Below, piece after piece: positions 58,319 to 64,000 of a stretch of DNA of 64,000 bases. The stretch covers positions 2,784,001-2,848,000 of the forward strand of contig OZ271918.1 in assembly GCA_965602015.1 (NCBI GenBank), given 5' to 3'. This stretch comes from Salinispira sp. GTDB lineage: Bacteria; Spirochaetota; Spirochaetia; DSM-27196; Salinispiraceae. Under the pieces are notes generated by a model. The model made no database searches. It had not been told where the DNA came from and saw only the letters and a program-made list of their open reading frames with translations. The translations under genes and the position numbers were made by a program. Positions within the stretch are counted from its first letter, which is position 1, and every line of letters starts with the position of its first letter.

Positions 58319-58968
58319 TGGGCGAGAGCATTAACGCGGTAATTTTTGATCTTGACGGCACCTTGCTGTATACCCTGGACGATATCCGCAATGCGCTCAA
58401 CCATTCCCTGGAGCTTCACGGCTACCCGCCGCTGGATTTGCAGAAGGTGAGAAGCCTTGTGGGTCACGGTCTTGTGCAGCTTGCCCGGGATGCCCTCCCT
58501 CAGGGGACCGGGGAGGAAACAGCCGATGCGATCTACCGGGAACTGGCGGAACATTACGCCGCCGACCCGGTGGGAGTCAGCCGCCCGTACCGGGGCATTA
58601 TTCCCATGCTCGACACTCTCAAGGACCGCGGTCTGCCGATGGCGGTGTGGAGCAACAAGGATGAGAATCTGGTAAAAACAATCTGCGGAAAGCTCTTTCC
58701 CGGGTATTTTACGGTCTGCGCCGGCCGCCGCCCGGGTCTCCCGGCAAAACCCGCCCCTGAGGCCGGGGCTCAAATCCTGTCACTAATGGGGCAAGAGCGG
58801 GAGTCGGTGCTCTACGTGGGAGATTCGGAAGTTGACGCCATGACGGCGGCAAACAGCGGCATGCCGTTTATGGCTGTGGGCTGGGGCTACCGTGACCGGG
58901 AGTTTTTGGAGCAGAGCGGCGCCCGCTGGATCATCGACGAGCCCGCCGAACTCCCGATTCTTATTTAA
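58318..58968 (+). CDS. HAD-family hydrolase (phosphoglycolate phosphatase-like)
   Basis: FDLDGTL, SNK, KPAP, YVGDSEVD. Confidence 0.9.
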   Translation: MGESINAVIFDLDGTLLYTLDDIRNALNHSLELHGYPPLDLQKVRSLVGHGLVQLARDALPQGTGEETADAIYRELAEHYAADPVGVSRPYRGIIPMLDTLKDRGLPMAVWSNKDENLVKTICGKLFPGYFTVCAGRRPGLPAKPAPEAGAQILSLMGQERESVLYVGDSEVDAMTAANSGMPFMAVGWGYRDREFLEQSGARWIIDEPAELPILI

Positions 58969-59040
58969 GCCCGGCACCGAACCCGATGTAAGCCGGGCGC
59001 CGTATCTGAATTTATCCGGGCCCATGCCGGAAGATATCGG

Positions 59041-60252
59041 CTACCCGGCTGCAGCAGTATAAAAGCGGTGAACAGTCAGCTCTTCATACGCTGTCCCCGG
59101 ACGGAGAATGCACTCGGGGAATCCCGGCTGATTCGGCGAATCCGGATAGTACTGGGCCTCGAGGCACACGCCGGACTGACGGGGAAAAGAAGCCCCGGAC
59201 CTACCGTTTTCTTCATTGAGATAATTACCGGTGTAAAACTGAAGCCCCGGTAGGCTGCTGTAGACTTCCATAACCCGGCGTTCGCCACCGGGGACATCTT
59301 CCGGGGCATAATCAAGGCGCGCCGCCAATCGCGGGCGATGCCGGTCCGCAAGCTCGGCCAGATCACGGGGAACGACGCCGGCGCTTTCCAAGCCCTCCGC
59401 TGAATTGCTCCCGGCTGAAATCAATTTGAGGGGCGCCTGGCTCCGGTCGATCTCGTAGCAGTGGTCGTAGCCCGAGGGCATCAGGGGTTCCAGATCTAGC
59501 CCGCCGGCCATGGGACGCCGGTAGATTCTCGAGGAAAGTTCGACGGGGTAGCTCAGATCCATCATGCCGTTTCCGCAGCCGGCGTCCGCCAGGGTGCCGG
59601 TGGGAATACCGCTCCCGTCCACATCCACATAGCGCCTGGAGGGAATGGCGATCCGATGCCCCCTGAGGCTCCCGGCCCCTTCTCCCGCCAGGTTCCAGTA
59701 AGCGTGATTGGTGAGGTTGACCGGGGTCGGGGCATCGCTTTCAGCCTTGTAGTGCATAAACAGGTAGCTCTCGCCATCCTGACCCGCAGCCAGAATGTAA
59801 CTGACCCGGGCCGTCAGGTTGCCGGGGAAACCGCCGTCGCCGTCGGGACTGAGGATCTCAAAGCTCACACCGGCATACCCCCCCTGAGGATCTTCCACCG
59901 GGAAGGGCGTCCAGCGCCGGTAAGCAAGGTTGGCCGAGCCGCTGTGCAGGCTGTTGGGTCCGTCGTTGGCCTCCAGTTTGTAGTCCGTGCCGTCGATACG
60001 GAATGATGCGCCGGCGATCCGGTTCGCATACGGCCCGGCGGTTGCACCCATGAGCGCGATCTGGTTCTCATAATCTACCAGCTTGTCAAACCCCAGGCAG
60101 ATTTCCCGTCCGCCCCAGCGAAGGGACAGAATGCTCGCTCCGTAGTCCGTCAGGCTGAGGGATTCGATGACCCCGGGGGCGTCATTGACCTCCCAGCGGT
60201 CTATGCCTTCCCCTCCGCCGGTGGTGCCAAAACGCAGTCTCGATAGCTTCAT
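59041..60252 (-). CDS. galM: Aldose 1-epimerase (galactose mutarotase)
   Basis: ANRI, LHSG, NLTNHAYWNL, GYDH, QFYTGN, CLEAQ. Confidence 0.92.
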   Translation of the reverse strand: MKLSRLRFGTTGGGEGIDRWEVNDAPGVIESLSLTDYGASILSLRWGGREICLGFDKLVDYENQIALMGATAGPYANRIAGASFRIDGTDYKLEANDGPNSLHSGSANLAYRRWTPFPVEDPQGGYAGVSFEILSPDGDGGFPGNLTARVSYILAAGQDGESYLFMHYKAESDAPTPVNLTNHAYWNLAGEGAGSLRGHRIAIPSRRYVDVDGSGIPTGTLADAGCGNGMMDLSYPVELSSRIYRRPMAGGLDLEPLMPSGYDHCYEIDRSQAPLKLISAGSNSAEGLESAGVVPRDLAELADRHRPRLAARLDYAPEDVPGGERRVMEVYSSLPGLQFYTGNYLNEENGRSGASFPRQSGVCLEAQYYPDSPNQPGFPECILRPGTAYEELTVHRFYTAAAG

Positions 60253-60312
60253 GTTCCCTCCTGGCTTCAGGCTCGGCCGCCTTTGTCCACCAATACGCCC
60301 GGCCGCTTAGAC

Positions 60313-60342
60313 AAAAAAACGGCAGCGTCGGGTGACGCTGCC
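60313..60342 (-). terminator. Rho-independent terminator
   Basis: ggcagcgtc-gggt-gacgctgcc with an A7 run on the left. Confidence 0.85.
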
Positions 60343-60400
60343 TTAATTATACGAAAAATTGCGCCGCCGCAGGCAGAAATTCCTGTGCGGCCCCTTCGAA

Positions 60401-61414
60401 TTAAATGAGATTCGGCCGTTTTACATAATCGTTGCTGCGAAGAAGCATACGGACGTATTGGGCCCGGCGGTAAGCCATCTTGTCTTCGTTGTTGCGCTCT
60501 GACAGTTTGCCCCGGAAGTCGGCTATTGAGGCATACCCTTTTTTATCCATCCACTCCTCAATGCCTTTGAGTATGACACCGATGTGGTCGAGCTTGTTTT
60601 TGTACACTGCGCTGACAACCTGGAATGAGCCGGCGCCGGCGAGAAGCATGGAAAGAGCGTCATCACCATTGTGAATTCCGTTTGAGGCGCATATGTCTGC
60701 TTTCACCTTGTCCGCCAGCATGCCGACGAAGCGAAGGGGAAGGCGGTTATCTTCCGAGCTGGACAGGTTCCAGGGATACCGGCTGCTTTCTTTATCGATA
60801 TCGATGGACGGATGGAAGAAGCGGTTAAACAGCACCAGTCCGTCCGCTCCGGAATCCGCAAGTTTGGTAATGAACTGAACCGGGCTTGTATAATATGGGC
60901 TCAGTTTGACGGAAACCGGAATCTTGACGGCCTTCTTAACCGCAGCGATGGCCTCAAGCTGATCCCCTTCTATGTCCGCCGCCGGGTCCAGCCGGTCATT
61001 GGGAATTGCGAAAAAGTTGAGTTCGAGTCCGGCAACCCCGGTGTCCTCGAGCTTTTTGGCCCATTCGGCCCAGGTCTTGGTGTTGATTGCGTTCAGGCTG
61101 GCTATGACCGGGATGTTCACAGCTTCGACAGCCCGCTGTGTCCACATGAGGTGCTCGTCGGGACCCGCATGCTCAACCTCGGGGAAAATGCTCTGCATCT
61201 CCGCATGCCAGTTATCGTACATGTGAAGATCTTCATCGTGGCTCTGTTTTTGAAACTGGATCTGCTCTTCGAAGAGGCTTTTTATTATGAGGGCTCCGGC
61301 TCCCTTCTCTTCGATTTTCCGGATTGCATCCATATTGGACGTCAGGCTACAGGCTCCAATGATAAGCGGATTATTCATCGGAATACCCATATAGCTCGTA
61401 TGCAATTTCGACAT
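60401..61414 (-). CDS. Dihydroorotate dehydrogenase-like flavoprotein
   Basis: KSLFEEQI, IASLN, LELN, VKLSPY, VLFNRF. Confidence 0.88.
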   Translation of the reverse strand: MSKLHTSYMGIPMNNPLIIGACSLTSNMDAIRKIEEKGAGALIIKSLFEEQIQFQKQSHDEDLHMYDNWHAEMQSIFPEVEHAGPDEHLMWTQRAVEAVNIPVIASLNAINTKTWAEWAKKLEDTGVAGLELNFFAIPNDRLDPAADIEGDQLEAIAAVKKAVKIPVSVKLSPYYTSPVQFITKLADSGADGLVLFNRFFHPSIDIDKESSRYPWNLSSSEDNRLPLRFVGMLADKVKADICASNGIHNGDDALSMLLAGAGSFQVVSAVYKNKLDHIGVILKGIEEWMDKKGYASIADFRGKLSERNNEDKMAYRRAQYVRMLLRSNDYVKRPNLI

Positions 61415-61540
61415 GGTCGCTCCTTAACGATTTTGGTACAAGGACATTCTAGGGCCATGGTAGTGCAAAGTCAAATACATTGGACCCGGCGGCAACATAA
61501 GATTGTTGATTTCCCGGTCCCCGGCGGGTATAGTGCACTC

Positions 61541-62395
61541 ATGGATCATCCCCTCATTCGATTTAAAAACGTCTCCTTTTTCTATCTGGATAAAGACGCC
61601 CCTCAGGACTTGAAGCAGCTCAGCGAGGACGACCTCAACTTCGTTTTCCAGGATTTGGATATTGATCTGCCGGCGGGAGTGCTCAGCGTAATCGGGGAAA
61701 ACGGCATCGGCAAGAGTACCCTCATGCTCCTGGCGGCCGGCAGGCTATTCCCGGTGAACGGGTCGGTGGAAATTCTCGGAACCGACAGCGCGGAATTCAG
61801 GCAGGCTAATCAGACCCCCGCCCTGGAAGCCCGTCGGAATGCCCTGGCTTCGGTGCTGTATCAGAACATGGAATTCGAAAGCAATGATTCCCTCGGGGAC
61901 ATGATTGACGGGGTGTTTTCCGGAGGGCTTCACGAGGAAGCAGCCAGCTGGGTGCTCACCGAAAGCCGTTCGGTATTCGAACTGGATAACCTTCTCTCCC
62001 GGCGCTTTCAGGAGCTTTCGAAGGGTGAAATGCAGCGGGCCCTCATGGCGATCGCCGTGGCCTACGGCTCCTCCATCCTGTTTATGGACGAACCGGTCTT
62101 CGCACTGGAGGCGTATCAGAAAGAAAAATCCCTGGAATTTCTGAAGAATTACAGCCACCGGACCAGCCGCAGCCTCATTTATTCGGCTCACAACATCCAT
62201 CTGTGCAGGGATTACGCCGACAACACCCTGCTGATGCGAAAGGACGGCAACTTCGTCCTGGGCGCTGCAGCGGATGTCTGCCAGAAAGACGTCCTGGAAG
62301 CAGCCTACCAGGTACCCATGGATTTCCTTCACAAGAAGGAACGGCTGTACCGGGACATGCTGCTCAAGGGAAGTCAGGGCCCCGGTTCCAACTAA
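61541..62395 (+). CDS. ABC ATP-binding protein (no adjacent permease)
   Basis: GENGIGKST, LSKGE, FMDEP, SAH; ATG lies 6 nt after TTGATT-N17-TATAGT. Confidence 0.85.
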   Translation: MDHPLIRFKNVSFFYLDKDAPQDLKQLSEDDLNFVFQDLDIDLPAGVLSVIGENGIGKSTLMLLAAGRLFPVNGSVEILGTDSAEFRQANQTPALEARRNALASVLYQNMEFESNDSLGDMIDGVFSGGLHEEAASWVLTESRSVFELDNLLSRRFQELSKGEMQRALMAIAVAYGSSILFMDEPVFALEAYQKEKSLEFLKNYSHRTSRSLIYSAHNIHLCRDYADNTLLMRKDGNFVLGAAADVCQKDVLEAAYQVPMDFLHKKERLYRDMLLKGSQGPGSN

Positions 62396-62399
62396 AAAT

Positions 62400-62454
62400 A
62401 AACCACGCGCAAACCACGAGCAAACTCAGAGCAGACCAAGGGCGAATCCAGCTA
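62400..62454. repeat. Degenerate 11-bp tandem repeat
   Basis: aaaccacgcgc aaaccacgagc aaactcagagc agaccaagggc gaatccagcta. Confidence 0.6.
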
Positions 62455-62488
62455 GGGGCGGAAAACGAGCAGACCGGGTGACTCGGTA

Positions 62489-63823
62489 TTAGAGCTGGCT
62501 CCGGGTCCGTTGCCGAAGGCGAAAAATCTCCGAGAGCGAACCCTTCAATGTCATGGCTCCCAGGCGCTTCATACGGGCCGACGCGATAAATGCAAGGATG
62601 AGCATCCCTGTTACCCCCGCAAAAAGAACTCTTTGACTCCCCAGCCCATCCAGCCCTGCAGGACCCTGCAGTATGTCCAGGGCGATTCCCGCGGCATTGG
62701 AACCGATCACCCCGCTGATTCCCGTCACAAGAAAATATAAAATACCGTAGCTCATCTGCTGCTGTGGGCTGATCATCCCGAAGAAGTAGGTCTGAACCGT
62801 ATTAAAGGCGCCGGCTATCCCCATGTTGGCCACAAAGAAAAACACCACGGTGTAGGCCACTACCATCCATCCCGACAAGCGCCCGGTGAGCACCGCAGCC
62901 AAGGATGCGCCAAGCATGAGTATGATCCAGATCATCAACATGGGTTTCGCCCCGACCTTGTCCAGGAATCTCCGGCTGAAGAACCCCATGGCAATGGCGC
63001 CGAAGCTGCCGGCCACCGTCAGATACAAAACCCGGTTGTCCGGAAAGGCGTAGATGTCTTTTACATAGACGAGAATAAAGGGCCGAAGAATACCCAGCAC
63101 CATGCTCACAAAAATAAGGGCAGTGAAATATCGCCGGAAACTTTCTTCCGAGAGAATGTCCCGTATACTCTGAATGAGGCCGTGGTCCACGTGCCCCTCG
63201 GGCCGGGATATTTCAGGTATTCTTGACAGGCTAAACACCGCCAAAAAGCCCATGCCGACCCCAAGGGAGAAACTGATGAAGTATCGGATAAACGGGGCTT
63301 CTTCTCCCAGGAATGAGGCCACAGCCAGGGTGCCCAAGAGGATGGCAACATCGGTGACAATTCGGGATTGCGACAGAAATCGCCCCCGGTCATTTCCGTG
63401 ACTCACTTCGGTAAGCACCGGGGAAAAGCTGACTAGGCCGGCGCCCCGCACCATCTGGAAGAGCAGATAGCCTCCGACCACCATGGCGATGGCCAAAGCT
63501 TCCCTTCCAGGAGCAGAAAGGATCACCAGGGGGGCGAACACCACGGGCAAAATGGTGAAATACCGGGCGAACCACGCCCAGGTGAACCCCCTGACTATGC
63601 CGATCCGCGCGGACAGGGCCCGGCCGAGGGGCATAATAAAATACGACAGGTGAAAAAACGATGACACAAAACCGACCAGGGTCTTGCTCGCTCCCAGTCG
63701 AATAATAAACAGCAGGATTACATTCCCCGCCAGGAACTGAAAGGCGAAACTGTTAATAAATGAAAAGGCCATCCACCAACGGCGGCCTTGGGCCTGATCT
63801 TCTACGCTGTAATGGGGTTCCAT
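62489..63823 (-). CDS. MFS transporter
   Basis: About 12 TMs; LDKVGAKP motif A-like; DRGRF. Confidence 0.88.
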   Translation of the reverse strand: MEPHYSVEDQAQGRRWWMAFSFINSFAFQFLAGNVILLFIIRLGASKTLVGFVSSFFHLSYFIMPLGRALSARIGIVRGFTWAWFARYFTILPVVFAPLVILSAPGREALAIAMVVGGYLLFQMVRGAGLVSFSPVLTEVSHGNDRGRFLSQSRIVTDVAILLGTLAVASFLGEEAPFIRYFISFSLGVGMGFLAVFSLSRIPEISRPEGHVDHGLIQSIRDILSEESFRRYFTALIFVSMVLGILRPFILVYVKDIYAFPDNRVLYLTVAGSFGAIAMGFFSRRFLDKVGAKPMLMIWIILMLGASLAAVLTGRLSGWMVVAYTVVFFFVANMGIAGAFNTVQTYFFGMISPQQQMSYGILYFLVTGISGVIGSNAAGIALDILQGPAGLDGLGSQRVLFAGVTGMLILAFIASARMKRLGAMTLKGSLSEIFRLRQRTRSQL

Positions 63824-64000
63824 AGGGTCACTGTACCCTTGCCGGTTCGGTCTGTCCAGAACGATGCCTGCGCGGGCGCACAGGGTTGAACAAAGCCGGA
63901 TGTTACCCAGCCCTGCCTCTCCACGTTGCTGATGAGTTCGGGGCAGACCGGCGCAAAGATCATCTTGTATAAACGTTGATTTCCTACATTCAGCTACCGG

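Noticed and set aside
60812..61540. N-terminal half of the 527-aa ORF
   Set aside because: Overlaps the DHODH-like gene in antisense; the ABC domain starts at 61541
63836..64000. Possible partial CDS at the right edge
   Set aside because: Open frames show no recognisable protein; the region contains the MFS promoter

Overview
Gene-dense, GC-rich bacterial chromosomal window with about 55 CDS. Gene content (CheX, TPR-fused small alarmone synthetase, mevalonate pathway, pfs-luxS, many lipoproteins) suggests a free-living spirochaete; this is inference. I saw no rRNA, tRNA, CRISPR array, transposase or prophage. Housekeeping blocks: mnmA-dusA-methyltransferase-dus, a mevalonate operon with an IDI-2::HMG-CoA reductase fusion, fbaA, ychF, purKE, aminopeptidase P, galM and a TetR-controlled ABC exporter. 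The best candidate for an undescribed system is the minus-strand operon at 10871-14643: cheY, cheX, a membrane-spanning CheA-type kinase with its own periplasmic c-type heme (CxxCH) sensor and no CheW domain, and a translationally coupled cytochrome P460-family lipoprotein, behind a sigma28-like promoter. It looks like a receptor-array-independent NO/hydroxylamine/redox signalling module. Non-coding structure includes a 148-bp MITE-like element with perfect 23-bp inverted ends, a dispersed 23-bp repeat, a 17-bp-period degenerate tandem array, three TetR operators and at least eight apparently leaderless genes. All family assignments come from motif recognition by eye; no database search was run.
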